Of a DNA stretch of 43,770 nucleotides, positions 16,015 through 25,287 are shown one piece after another (positions within the stretch are counted from its first letter, which is position 1; each line of letters starts with the position of its first letter). The notes beneath the pieces are model-generated. The model saw only the letters and a list, made by a program, of their open reading frames with translations. It did no database searches and was not told the origin of the DNA. This DNA comes from a virus. A program made the translations under genes and the position numbers. The stretch lies in the IMG/VR virus record IMGVR_UViG_3300045988_064273. One strand, given 5' to 3'.

Positions 16015-17133
16015 TTACATTTTCAAACCAACATAAGCTGCCAGAGTATCGGCCTGTTTTTTGCTGATTTTGCCCTCGCTGATCATTTCAACAAGTTGGT
16101 TTTGCGCCCATGTCGTACCGTTTGCCTGTTTGCCGTAGTAGAGCGTGTCTCTCAGGCCGCGATATGTAGCATCGTCAACTCCGGTCTCGCTAAAAGTGCT
16201 GGATGAGCTTTTTTTGCTGCTCCCCCCTCCGCCGCTCCTGCCGCTTGCACTCTGCGCCGCCGCCTGAGCCGCAAGCTGTGCGTAATAGTTTTTAAGTGTC
16301 TGCACATACTCATCGCTCAATCCGGAACGCAAAACGAGATCGGCAGAAGGCGAGCCACCGACCTCAAGTATTGCTTTGACCTGATCTGCCGCCGAATTCA
16401 TTTGAGACTGTAGCTGTGCATAATTTATCTGTGCTCTATCATAGTCCTGTGCATCCTTTGCCATGTACATGTTATACTGATCTTTAAGCTCGTCGCCCTC
16501 ATCCTGATACCGCGAATATGCCAGCTGGTAAAGCTCCGGCACAACGCCGTTTAGCTTCTGCAAATACGCGTCATACTGTTGCTGACCGACTGCCTGACTG
16601 TAGCTTGAACCGTAGCCGCCCGTAAGAGCTGCCGCCTGACCCATTGTGTCCTGCATGGCAAGTCTGCCCTGATTAATGTACTGTTCCCTGTACAGCTTAT
16701 ACAAAGGGTCTGTCTCGGTGTCGTAGCTGAAGCTTTCTCTGTTGAGGAGTTTGTTGAAAAGCTCATTTATCTGTGTATCATACTGCGGAGTATAGGTGTA
16801 ATTGGTCTTAGCGTTTGGAAGCCCATCACCGTCTATTTTGGCATTGCGCTGCTGCTCGTATTGAGACGCTGCGGTATAATCGCCTTTACCAAATGCCTGA
16901 TATATCTTCTTCATATAATCCGTGCCGCTATCGTATTCAACACCGTTGTATTCTTTGGGAAGGTACGAAGAATAATTGTTGGTCTGGGCATAATTAAGCG
17001 CTTCACCTTGAATTTTCGCGTTTCGCGCCTGCTCATATTTTGCTGCTGCCGTATAGTTGCCAGCGGCAACAGCATCGTTTATTTTTTTCTGATAATCGGT
17101 ATCCCTATCATATGTCGTTTTTTTAATTGCCAT
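16015..17133 (-). CDS. Virion-associated protein (372 aa) with a duplicated TDY..KKI...G.YTAA..YEQ.RNAKI.G repeat
   Basis: ORF with SD AAGGAAGG. Two ~50-aa internal repeats and a Ser/Gly linker. Confidence 0.65.
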   Translation of the reverse strand: MAIKKTTYDRDTDYQKKINDAVAAGNYTAAAKYEQARNAKIQGEALNYAQTNNYSSYLPKEYNGVEYDSGTDYMKKIYQAFGKGDYTAASQYEQQRNAKIDGDGLPNAKTNYTYTPQYDTQINELFNKLLNRESFSYDTETDPLYKLYREQYINQGRLAMQDTMGQAAALTGGYGSSYSQAVGQQQYDAYLQKLNGVVPELYQLAYSRYQDEGDELKDQYNMYMAKDAQDYDRAQINYAQLQSQMNSAADQVKAILEVGGSPSADLVLRSGLSDEYVQTLKNYYAQLAAQAAAQSASGRSGGGGSSKKSSSSTFSETGVDDATYRGLRDTLYYGKQANGTTWAQNQLVEMISEGKISKKQADTLAAYVGLKM

Positions 17134-17172
17134 ATTTATGCCTTCCTTTATCTAATCTTTAGTTGCAAAGTG

Positions 17173-18009
17173 CTATGCTGTGCGTTTCCACATATAGACC
17201 ACTAAATAGGGCGGTAAAATATTAAATGCCGTTCCGCTGCCTGTAGCACCTGTCGGAATGCCTTGGGCAGCTGTTTTAGCGCTGGTTGAATAGCTTGCAT
17301 AGTCCAAGTTGGCCGATATGCTGCCGCCGCTTGTCGCAACGTATTGGGGGTGGGTATGGCTTGGCAAATTAGCAGCAGTTAGCTGACATGTAGCAGCACC
17401 GCCTATTCTGCCATTAGTATAGGAAGTACCGGCTCCAAGCAAGAACCTATCCTGAATCTGCGTCCAACTGCCGCCAAATAGCTGAGCTGGATCAGTGCTG
17501 TTAACGCTCATATAGATGCTGCCCACTGGATATACTAAGTCTGCTATGCTGCTGCTGGGATCGTCACCAATTCCAAGATCAGCCGCCAGCTCTGAGGCAG
17601 ATCTATATTCTATAATGTTGCTGTCGCTGAAAACCGCTATTTTTTTAGCCGCCGTGTTCATTCTGCTAACGTTTGTCAAGCGAACATCCCCGTTTATCTC
17701 ACCACCGTACTTATTAAATTTCGATTGAAGCTGGGCAGTAACGGTTTTGTTCTGCACGGGATTTTTGCTGCTTCCGTCCAGATTTTCTTCAACGTCAGAC
17801 TTATTGAGCTTGTCATCTAATGCTGCTTTGATAACCTTGTTCTGAACAGGATTTTTGCTGCTTGCGCTTAAAACATCATCAAGCGCAATGCTGTCGTTAA
17901 GCAAATACGGCAGGTTATCCGATAATTCCAGCAGATATCTCTGCATTGCGGCAATGTTTTCTTCCTGCGTTCCTTTAAATAAAGGTGATTGCGGTGGAAT
18001 AATATTCAT
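17173..18009 (-). CDS. Tail fibre protein with a C-terminal phage tail-collar domain
   Basis: ANLPSHTHPQY ... GSGTAFNILPPYLVVYMWKR matches the tail-collar (MdpB-like) signature. Confidence 0.75.
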   Translation of the reverse strand: MNIIPPQSPLFKGTQEENIAAMQRYLLELSDNLPYLLNDSIALDDVLSASSKNPVQNKVIKAALDDKLNKSDVEENLDGSSKNPVQNKTVTAQLQSKFNKYGGEINGDVRLTNVSRMNTAAKKIAVFSDSNIIEYRSASELAADLGIGDDPSSSIADLVYPVGSIYMSVNSTDPAQLFGGSWTQIQDRFLLGAGTSYTNGRIGGAATCQLTAANLPSHTHPQYVATSGGSISANLDYASYSTSAKTAAQGIPTGATGSGTAFNILPPYLVVYMWKRTA

Positions 18010-19832
18010 CGAATGTCTGTACCTCCCTCAAACAATTTGCTCATGCTGTAAAGTCTAACCTCCCCGCTGCCGGTGAGCTTTATTCTGAAATGGTCACATC
18101 GTCTCGGTCTTACGGGGATCATGAAAGAAGTTGTGCCGGTTCCCTTGATGTGCCCTTGATGCTCCCACTTTCCGCTTGAATCGTACTCAATATAGATGTC
18201 CATGTATGAGCCTTTCGGCAGCATCATACGCAAGTTGAAACGGCTGATATACTTTTGCCCTGTATAACTGTAGCCTTGCAGACCCGTGACAGCTTCCCAC
18301 TCCGGTACGCTCTCTTGTGCGCTCGTTTTGTTGTAATCGCTTATAAGATGTATATCATAGCTATCAGTGCTCTCCTGCGTTACGTATAAAGTATCTCCGT
18401 TCACTGAGCAAAATTGCACTGCGTGACTTTCGCCCTCTTTATGCCACAATCCCTTTGCAGCGTCGTAAGCAAACATCGCCCACTGTCCGCTTGAATTCTT
18501 CATTGAGATATAGTATTTGCCGTTAGCACTGCCGCCGACAGCATCTGTGTAACGCTCATCTCCAAGGTTGTCCCCTGTAGAATATGTTGTAGAACCGTCA
18601 AATGCCACAACGCCGTTACGAGATTTGTAATAGCAAACATTCCCGACCATTGCGACTGAGCCACTGCAACCGTCCTGCACGCCGTCTATCACTTTATCCT
18701 GTATCTGATGCGCTCCTGTTGACGATACAAAGACCTTGTGGAAGCAGTTTTCTTTGAAAAATATCGGATATCCGTTAACATTCGCAGCGCCTGTAAACTC
18801 GCCCGGTGTGCCGCACGATGCTTTATAGCTATCTGTGGATATGCCCTGAAACACATTCCAGTTAGTTGCATCACCCAGCTTGCAAGCATATATCTCATTT
18901 ATTCCTTTCATGTTTGCGCTATCAGACTTTCTATAGTGGCAGCCCCACAAACGATTTTGCGCTTGTATGACAAAATCCATATCAGGGACATCCCTGCTCA
19001 TAAAAAACATACTGCCACTTGAATCAATGGTTTGAGTTGCGCTTATCGTACCGGCTATAACATGCTCAGTGTTATTTCCTTCACCCCACGACTTAACTAT
19101 TATGTGTGTCCCCTCTATGCCGATCGTGTCTTCTTTGTTATTTATAGTTGTGGATATTCTTACCGCATCACCGGCCGGAAACGTATATGATGAATAAATG
19201 TCATTGCCATTCGTAGCAATGGTTATACGCACATATGTACTTGTCCCGGAAGTTATAATTTTGCCGTCCGAATCGCACGGGCTTATCTTGACATAAGGCA
19301 ATGGGGCAGAAGTCATAACAACCTGGCTGTACATTGAAAGGTGGTGTGAATAATAATAGCCATCGGCATTTTTCTTTGTTTTCACTTTAATACCTGTTGG
19401 GAATATAACTAAATCATCGTTAAAAAAAAGTAATTGCACTTTGTCGGAGAATAAGAGTTTTCCCAGATCCGCATAATCATCATATGTGATAGCCGTCATA
19501 TCTTCGAGATTACTGTAATCCGGCTCTTCTGCCGGATCGCTTTTGTATATTTTATAAAGTCTCTCTGAGCTATATTGGCCGCCGGACTTGTTCCCGATAA
19601 CATACAAATCTCCATTACTGTCTACAGTCATTCCACCTATGTACGCAAACACGCCGCTCTGAATGAGACTTCGTGCCGCCCTGTTGCCCATGAGCGGGTA
19701 ATAGTCCGACGTGAGATTTTTCATATCATAAAACTCTCCGTCGCCTATTTTGTAGTTGTGGTTATAGCCGCCGAAGGTATCAACGACTGTTTCAACCGTG
19801 CTGCTTTCGGGTATAGTTATATATGTCGGCAT
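18006..19832 (-). CDS. Large tail/nozzle structural protein (608 aa), beta-rich
   Basis: ORF with SD AGGAGG in the structural module. No family recognised. Confidence 0.65.
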   Translation of the reverse strand: MPTYITIPESSTVETVVDTFGGYNHNYKIGDGEFYDMKNLTSDYYPLMGNRAARSLIQSGVFAYIGGMTVDSNGDLYVIGNKSGGQYSSERLYKIYKSDPAEEPDYSNLEDMTAITYDDYADLGKLLFSDKVQLLFFNDDLVIFPTGIKVKTKKNADGYYYSHHLSMYSQVVMTSAPLPYVKISPCDSDGKIITSGTSTYVRITIATNGNDIYSSYTFPAGDAVRISTTINNKEDTIGIEGTHIIVKSWGEGNNTEHVIAGTISATQTIDSSGSMFFMSRDVPDMDFVIQAQNRLWGCHYRKSDSANMKGINEIYACKLGDATNWNVFQGISTDSYKASCGTPGEFTGAANVNGYPIFFKENCFHKVFVSSTGAHQIQDKVIDGVQDGCSGSVAMVGNVCYYKSRNGVVAFDGSTTYSTGDNLGDERYTDAVGGSANGKYYISMKNSSGQWAMFAYDAAKGLWHKEGESHAVQFCSVNGDTLYVTQESTDSYDIHLISDYNKTSAQESVPEWEAVTGLQGYSYTGQKYISRFNLRMMLPKGSYMDIYIEYDSSGKWEHQGHIKGTGTTSFMIPVRPRRCDHFRIKLTGSGEVRLYSMSKLFEGGTDIR

Positions 19833-19841
19833 GCTGTCCTC

Positions 19842-20216
19842 CTAAAATCTGAAATGCGTCAGTTTCGGCAGTGGCCTGTGCGCCGCGTCATATGCCTGCG
19901 CAAATCGCGTGTAACCGTCGTTGTAAAACAGAACGGCTTTGTTGTACTTGGCATCCTCGCCGTTCTGCTGCGCTATTTTGGCCTGTAGGTAATTAACATA
20001 GATATCCTCTGCATACGGCTCAGGAACCAGCAAGTCAGTTGCTATGTCCTCTGCTGCATACTCAGGCTTTTCAAACCTCTCCGCGCCCTCGTGCGTGGCT
20101 ATCAAGTCTGTATACACCATCTGGTCAATAGTCAGCAGCCATCGTACCTTTTCGGTTTCATCGTATGCGTTAGGCGTAAGCTTATCGGTAATGTCTATTG
20201 CTTCTGCAATTGTCAT
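19842..20216 (-). CDS. Putative head-tail adaptor (124 aa)
   Basis: First gene after the capsid-operon terminator; call rests on size and position only. Confidence 0.45.
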   Translation of the reverse strand: MTIAEAIDITDKLTPNAYDETEKVRWLLTIDQMVYTDLIATHEGAERFEKPEYAAEDIATDLLVPEPYAEDIYVNYLQAKIAQQNGEDAKYNKAVLFYNDGYTRFAQAYDAAHRPLPKLTHFRF

Positions 20217-20228
20217 ATTGTTCTCCTA

Positions 20229-20253
20229 TTAAAATAGCCGCCATGAGGCGGCT
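20229..20253 (-). terminator. Terminator after the capsid operon
   Basis: AGCCGCC-tcat-GGCGGCT followed by ATTTTAAT on the - strand. Confidence 0.6.
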
Positions 20254-20270
20254 GTTATTTTTGATATTAA

Positions 20271-20495
20271 TTAGTGCGCGGCAAACTTCATCTCGTCGAT
20301 GTGCTCGTCGAGCATGCGCTGAGCGTAGTTGGAGCGCTCGATCTCGTCCGCGACTTCTTTCGGGACAAGGCTTGTTTTGCCTTTGGGCAGCAGATAGTTT
20401 TTTCCGTTTATCGATACAAACAGATCGGGGTCACTGTTTCTGTCGCCTCTCGGTATAAACATTTCAACTCTTTCATCTTCTGTTTTTTTAGCCAT
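20271..20495 (-). CDS. Hypothetical protein downstream of the capsid gene (74 aa)
   Basis: ORF with SD GAGAGGAG upstream. Confidence 0.6.
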   Translation of the reverse strand: MAKKTEDERVEMFIPRGDRNSDPDLFVSINGKNYLLPKGKTSLVPKEVADEIERSNYAQRMLDEHIDEMKFAAH

Positions 20496-20513
20496 ATTTC
20501 GCTCCTCTCAGGC

Positions 20514-20539
20514 GGAGGGGCAGAGTGTTCCGCCCCTCC
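20514..20539 (-). promoter_or_regulatory. GC-rich stem-loop directly after the capsid stop (RNA stabiliser or attenuator)
   Basis: GGAGGGGC / GCCCCTCC 8-bp stem with no U tract. Confidence 0.45.
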
Positions 20540-20547
20540 CGGGATAA

Positions 20548-21699
20548 TTACTTGTTTTCCTCGTCAGTCGCGGAATACGAGCTGACGGACATCACGCGGA
20601 GTACGCGCTCAGGGTAAAGGATAGTTGCGCCGTTGGTCTCAAACTTGTAACCGATGGTGCTGAACTGGTTAAGAGGACCGCCGATTTCGTCCTTGTCATG
20701 AGCGATCATCTCAAGGCCGCCGCCCTCGGGGTCAATAATGCCAAAGCCGTCCTTGCCGAAGAAGTAAGTCGCATAAGTAACGCCGTCGGACTTATTCTTG
20801 TAGGTGGTGCTGCCGGAATACTTGTAGCTCGCGCCGAGAATAGGTGCATAGGTATCCTCAATGAAGCGGCAGCCGTGCAGCTCGCCGATCTCACCGTTGA
20901 AGATCTCGGAGGTAGCTGCATACTTATGCACTTCAATCCATTCCTTGCTCTGGCGCAGGTCATACGCAACAGAGGGATGGATAACAGCATAGTATTTGCC
21001 GTTTATCTTGGGCACACGGTCTTTCTTGAGCTTGGTAACGGCCTTGTTTACCATGGTGGGGGTAAGTAGTGCCCAGCCGTCAGGAGTCGAGCTGCCTCCG
21101 CTGGAAGTAGTGCCGCCTGCGCCCATGGTTGCCGGGGAAGTAGGAGTAGAAACTTTAGTGCCGTCCTCGGTGACGTTATCGCAGTACATTACGTTAGTGC
21201 CGACAAGCAGCGCATCACGGATAAGGGTTTCCTGAGTAGCCGCAGCGGATGCGCCCATTTCCTCGGTCGCTGCAAGAATGACATCGTCATATGCGCGCAT
21301 CTCGAGCTTATCGGTGATAGAGGTGTAAGTGCCGTACTGCGTGATAGATGCCGTCAGCTTGGTTGCACCAAACTGCTGACCGGTGGGGATAACGCCTTCC
21401 TTAAGCTCAGTCGCCTTTGCAAAGGTGTTAAACTTACGCCATTCAACAGTGGTGCCGCCGTTCTTGGGCAGTCTCTGCTTGCGGCCAAACTGCGCATAGA
21501 ACATCTCAACTCTGGCATTTTCGAGCAGCTCAGTGTCATAGAACGTCTTAAGTTCGGGTGCCATCGTGTTAGTGGCAGGGCTGGCCGCGACGGCCTCGCC
21601 GGTGTATGCGTTGGTGTAGTTGGAGGTGCCGTTGCTTACAAGGGTGTTAACAACGGTGCCTGCATCTGCAAAAATCTGAATCCAATTAAAATTGATCAT
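20548..21699 (-). CDS. Major capsid protein (HK97 fold, N4-gp56-like by eye)
   Basis: TFYDTELLENARVEMFYAQFGRKQRLPKNGGTTVEWRKF. Start moved to MINFNWIQIFADAG (SD AAAGGAAA); the ORF extends to 21741. Confidence 0.85.
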   Translation of the reverse strand: MINFNWIQIFADAGTVVNTLVSNGTSNYTNAYTGEAVAASPATNTMAPELKTFYDTELLENARVEMFYAQFGRKQRLPKNGGTTVEWRKFNTFAKATELKEGVIPTGQQFGATKLTASITQYGTYTSITDKLEMRAYDDVILAATEEMGASAAATQETLIRDALLVGTNVMYCDNVTEDGTKVSTPTSPATMGAGGTTSSGGSSTPDGWALLTPTMVNKAVTKLKKDRVPKINGKYYAVIHPSVAYDLRQSKEWIEVHKYAATSEIFNGEIGELHGCRFIEDTYAPILGASYKYSGSTTYKNKSDGVTYATYFFGKDGFGIIDPEGGGLEMIAHDKDEIGGPLNQFSTIGYKFETNGATILYPERVLRVMSVSSYSATDEENK

Positions 21700-21744
21700 A
21701 TCGTTTCCTTTCATGGTCATAGGCCACGCGGAAACGCTCAAGGC

Positions 21745-22758
21745 TTAAAACTGCCCGGGATATATCTTTTCACCCGATCTAATCCGGGCTTTCAACGCCT
21801 CTCTCTGTTCCCTCGTGGCGTTTCTGTAATCAAACGTCTGAATGGAAGCGTTAGAGGACTTGGGAACGCCGCCCTCACTCGGGCGCGATCTATTCGACTG
21901 CACAGCATTTGACACCTGCTGCACCGATGCTTTCAGCGCTGCCTGCCGTATGCTTTCCTTTATTTCATCACGATGCACAAGCTCATATGCATCTTCGAGG
22001 GAAAACATCAGGTCGGGCGCGGTCAAGCGTCGGAATGTAGGGTTGTCCAGCTCTTTCCGCAAATCAAAGTTGGGGTATTTCTTCTGAAGCTCAACGGCCT
22101 GCGCGTTCATCTTGCTCAGATGCTCCATAAGCTTCTGCTCGTTGATAAACTGCTGTTTCTGCGCTTCTGCTGCTCTTGCCACAGCCTCGGAGCGCTCGAG
22201 CTGCTTTGCTACCTCGGTCGATACACCCAATTCCATCGCACGGTCTTCGTAATACTCGTCATCATCCGCGACCGCTTTTGCGATTGCGTCATAATCTCCC
22301 GAGTCTACGCCGTACTTTTTGGATAGCAGCTGCAGCGCCGGAGCAAGCTTCTCAAGCCCCTCGGCGTCCGCCTTGTACTTTGTCTTTGCCGACGAGACTA
22401 CTTTCTGCATCTCCCGGTTATAGTCGGGGTCTGCCATGATTTCATCCCATGTAAGCCGCTTTGCTGTATCTTTAGTCTCTGCTGCCTCTATGGCTTCCTT
22501 TGGCGCAGCGGCGGCCTGCGCATCGGCTTTAGGCTGATTAACAGCCTTGCCATATTTCGCCCGTCCGAGTTTTTCCTTAGGCACTCCAAGCTCTGCGAGC
22601 CTGTCAGCCGTGGTTTTCGGTGCTGTCTGTTCGGCGGCAACAGACACATTAACGCCCGTGTTCTGCCCGGCGGCGGCAGATGTTTCGCCCGAAGTGGCTG
22701 CACCGCCATCGCCGGTACCGTCCGCGAATAGCTGCAACCAACTGAATTTGTTGTGCAT
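21745..22758 (-). CDS. Scaffolding protein (337 aa)
   Basis: Lies between the protease and capsid genes. Ala/Glu/Lys-rich and helical, with the same WLQLFAD N-terminal motif as the capsid. Confidence 0.7.
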   Translation of the reverse strand: MHNKFSWLQLFADGTGDGGAATSGETSAAAGQNTGVNVSVAAEQTAPKTTADRLAELGVPKEKLGRAKYGKAVNQPKADAQAAAAPKEAIEAAETKDTAKRLTWDEIMADPDYNREMQKVVSSAKTKYKADAEGLEKLAPALQLLSKKYGVDSGDYDAIAKAVADDDEYYEDRAMELGVSTEVAKQLERSEAVARAAEAQKQQFINEQKLMEHLSKMNAQAVELQKKYPNFDLRKELDNPTFRRLTAPDLMFSLEDAYELVHRDEIKESIRQAALKASVQQVSNAVQSNRSRPSEGGVPKSSNASIQTFDYRNATREQREALKARIRSGEKIYPGQF

Positions 22759-22803
22759 TTACATGCCTCCTATTTATTTGCCCGTAGGTGGGCGAGCCCG
22801 TCG

Positions 22804-22870
22804 TACCGCCTGCAGGGCTCGAACCTGCATCTCTATCTCTCCGAGCGTTTTACCGTTAAACTAAGGCGAT
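22804..22870 (-). ncRNA. tRNA-like element (67 nt) with acceptor, D and T arms but no foldable anticodon arm
   Basis: ATCGCCT/AGGCGGT acceptor, GTTT-AACGGTA-AAAC D arm, and a perfect GCAGG-TTCGAGC-CCTGC T arm. The middle 17 nt (CTCGGAGAGATAGAGAT) give no 5-bp stem. Confidence 0.55.
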
Positions 22871-22904
22871 ATACAAAAGGGGCGGAGAAGGGGGGACTCC
22901 GCCC
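22871..22904 (-). terminator. Rho-independent terminator between the Prp gene and the tRNA-like element
   Basis: - strand GGGCGGAG-tcccccctt-CTCCGCCC followed by CTTTTGTATAT. Confidence 0.75.
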
Positions 22905-23014
22905 GTAAGAAAGGAGATGTAGCAGACTATTACAGCCGCCGCCTGCCAGGGCGACATCTTAAAGGAGGTGAACTTGCTGTCTCATGCAACCCACGTTTTC
23001 AGCATAGCATTTAC

Positions 23015-23359
23015 TTATGCTTTGCTTTCAGCCCCACCTTGCGCACTTTTTTTAGTTTCTGTGAAAATTTTTATGTATTCCGGGTATTCCTGCATCAGCA
23101 ACACAAAGCCCTTGACTATTACCGACATTTCAACGACCGCCACAGGGTCATATTCAGTCAGCTTTATTCGCGCTTTGCCGTCGGATATATCAATTTCCGT
23201 GATATCTTTGGAACTTTCCTGCAAAATAGCCGCTGCCGTGCGCACAAGGATTGTCGCAGCCGCGCATATCAAATCCTCGCCTTTGGGCGCAGACTGCGCA
23301 TGCCCTTCGATTTTTAATTCAAACGTGCTGCCGGTGCTGTTTACGCATACATTTATCAT
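23015..23359 (-). CDS. Prp-like (DUF464, ribosomal-processing cysteine protease family) protease
   Basis: ELKIEGHAQSAPKGEDLICAAATIL matches the GHA...G.D.(V/I)CA signature. 114 aa, between portal and scaffold. Confidence 0.8.
   Translation of the reverse strand: MINVCVNSTGSTFELKIEGHAQSAPKGEDLICAAATILVRTAAAILQESSKDITEIDISDGKARIKLTEYDPVAVVEMSVIVKGFVLLMQEYPEYIKIFTETKKSAQGGAESKA
23019..23050 (-). repeat. Late-junction element, copy b (GAAACTAAAAAAA-GTGCGC-AAGGTGGGGCTGA)
   Basis: Matches 27232-27262 with 1 mismatch and 1 indel over ~31 nt. Lies in the last codons of the Prp gene. Confidence 0.7.
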
Positions 23360-25287
23360 GTCGTTGCATGTCCTCCATCGGGCATTGCCGCCTCGCGCGT
23401 CTTTGCCCGGGCGTTAGACACCTGCGCATGTTCGCGCTTTGCCGGGTCTTCTGCAAGCTGTATATTCGCCTGCGGTGTGCTGATCTGCACGTTGGCCTGC
23501 TGTGCTATAGCCTGTATCTGCGCAAGCGACTGCGCATCACCGCATTTGGCCGCAAGCAGTGCCGCGACTTGCAGCACCGTGTTAAATCGGTCAAACAGGG
23601 TGCCGTTTTGCTTGATGGTTTTGCGGACATCGTCGATGCTGTCAAAATCCATCATCGTAAGGCATGCAAGCGCCTGGTCTGTCTGCTGCGGATTGAAAAA
23701 GCCAAGGTTATAAAACTGCAAAGCCAATTCATTATTTGACATCTTGGTGTATGCCGTGCGCTTCTGCGGAACGACATTGATATCAAACTCCGGCACACGC
23801 TGCCCGATATCGTATCCGGCAAACATCTGTGTCTGCGGCTTTATGTGCTCGTTGGAATAGCTTAAGAACAATTCCTCGCCGCCGTCGCCCAGAATGCGGA
23901 ACTGGCGCGGCGCATCGTAAAACTGCCTTATCAGCTCTATGACAAGATAGTTTAATTCGCTGTATGCCCTGTAGCTTGCCTTGGTGCTGTCTCTGCTGCC
24001 TTTGCCGCTGGCTTCCTGCAATGCTGCTATTGCGCTTGCAGCCGTTACTCCGCTGCTTGTCGTGCCTGTTGCGGTTTCTGTGTTGCCGCTGGTTTCGCGC
24101 AATTCGTTGATGCTAAGCTGCAGCATGCTGATATAGTTGCCGTCAAGGTTATCGTGCGTAACAGGCTTTAGGTTATCGTCGTTTAAGCTGCCTTCGACGT
24201 TTATGATGGTTTCATTCAGGTTCGTAAACTGTTCAACGTTAACGCCGCAGTTGGCTTTCTTAAAGTACCTGGGTTTTGCGCCGACCATTGCATTTTCCAC
24301 ATACGCCGTTTTCATCAGGTCAATTTCAGTCTGCGGCGCTTTGCACAGGTCTACATAGCCGTATCCGCACGGGCTGCCTTCAATGGGAAACAGCGTGTCA
24401 AACACATACGGGTATTTGCTGTGGTCATACCAGCCGGTCATTGCACGGTCAGGGTCATTTTCCGTCGCATAAAGCACCGTGCCCGGAACAAACAGTATGT
24501 AGTGCAGCACACCGTTTTTGTGATAGTACGCACTGATAACAGGCACTTTGTCCGTAGTGTCTACATGGTCATCGTATCTGTATTTGCTGGTTATAAAATC
24601 ATGCGGTATATTCTTGCCCTCCGGCAGCTCAGCCGGGAACATGGCTCGGACTTCGGTTTCGTCCTGAAAATCGACCTCAAAGAAATACTTTGACTGCTGT
24701 ATATCCTCGACTCCCGGCTCCCAGAATAGATTAAGGATGTTGCACTTGCGCACATCGATATCGCCCAAGCCGTTCATTTTGTTCTTATCCCATATGACCT
24801 TGTACACGCCTGTGCCGGTCTTTAGCTTTGACCACATGACTTTGCTATAGGTAGTCTCAAACTGGTTCTTTTCCAGCACAACAGGGATTATTTTAGACAG
24901 CATAGCCGCCTCCACCTTATCTCCCTGCTCCCTCGGCAGTATGTTAGGCTCAGGGTAGGCGTCCATTGCGTCGGCGTGTTTGTTGGTGATTACGTTATGC
25001 AGCCAGCCGCTTTTGCTACGAAAGCCCGGCTTTGCGTGGCCGTCCTTGTCTTCTTCAACATCGTTTCGCAGCTTCCACCAGTTTTCCGATGCGATGATAC
25101 GGCTATCGACCGACTTCTTCCCGGCGCGATATTTGTTTAGTATCTGCATCAAATCCTGTATCTGCTGTTCCCCAATGGGTTTTATGCCAAGCATCTGCGC
25201 CGCAGTTTCAACGCTGCCAAGCTCGGGCGCTTTGCTGCCGTCTGCGCGTATAGTGTCCTTAGTGATATCCATTTGCTTTGTATCCAT
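23356..25287 (-). CDS. Portal protein (643 aa)
   Basis: Immediately downstream of and overlapping TerL. Size and position are typical of portals. Confidence 0.75.
   Translation of the reverse strand: MDTKQMDITKDTIRADGSKAPELGSVETAAQMLGIKPIGEQQIQDLMQILNKYRAGKKSVDSRIIASENWWKLRNDVEEDKDGHAKPGFRSKSGWLHNVITNKHADAMDAYPEPNILPREQGDKVEAAMLSKIIPVVLEKNQFETTYSKVMWSKLKTGTGVYKVIWDKNKMNGLGDIDVRKCNILNLFWEPGVEDIQQSKYFFEVDFQDETEVRAMFPAELPEGKNIPHDFITSKYRYDDHVDTTDKVPVISAYYHKNGVLHYILFVPGTVLYATENDPDRAMTGWYDHSKYPYVFDTLFPIEGSPCGYGYVDLCKAPQTEIDLMKTAYVENAMVGAKPRYFKKANCGVNVEQFTNLNETIINVEGSLNDDNLKPVTHDNLDGNYISMLQLSINELRETSGNTETATGTTSSGVTAASAIAALQEASGKGSRDSTKASYRAYSELNYLVIELIRQFYDAPRQFRILGDGGEELFLSYSNEHIKPQTQMFAGYDIGQRVPEFDINVVPQKRTAYTKMSNNELALQFYNLGFFNPQQTDQALACLTMMDFDSIDDVRKTIKQNGTLFDRFNTVLQVAALLAAKCGDAQSLAQIQAIAQQANVQISTPQANIQLAEDPAKREHAQVSNARAKTREAAMPDGGHATT

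Noticed and set aside
22968-23417. 149-aa + strand ORF with an apparent AAAGGAGG upstream
   Set aside because: It is fully antisense to the Prp-like gene, whose motif match is strong. The product is Ser/Leu/Ile-rich with no recognisable features.
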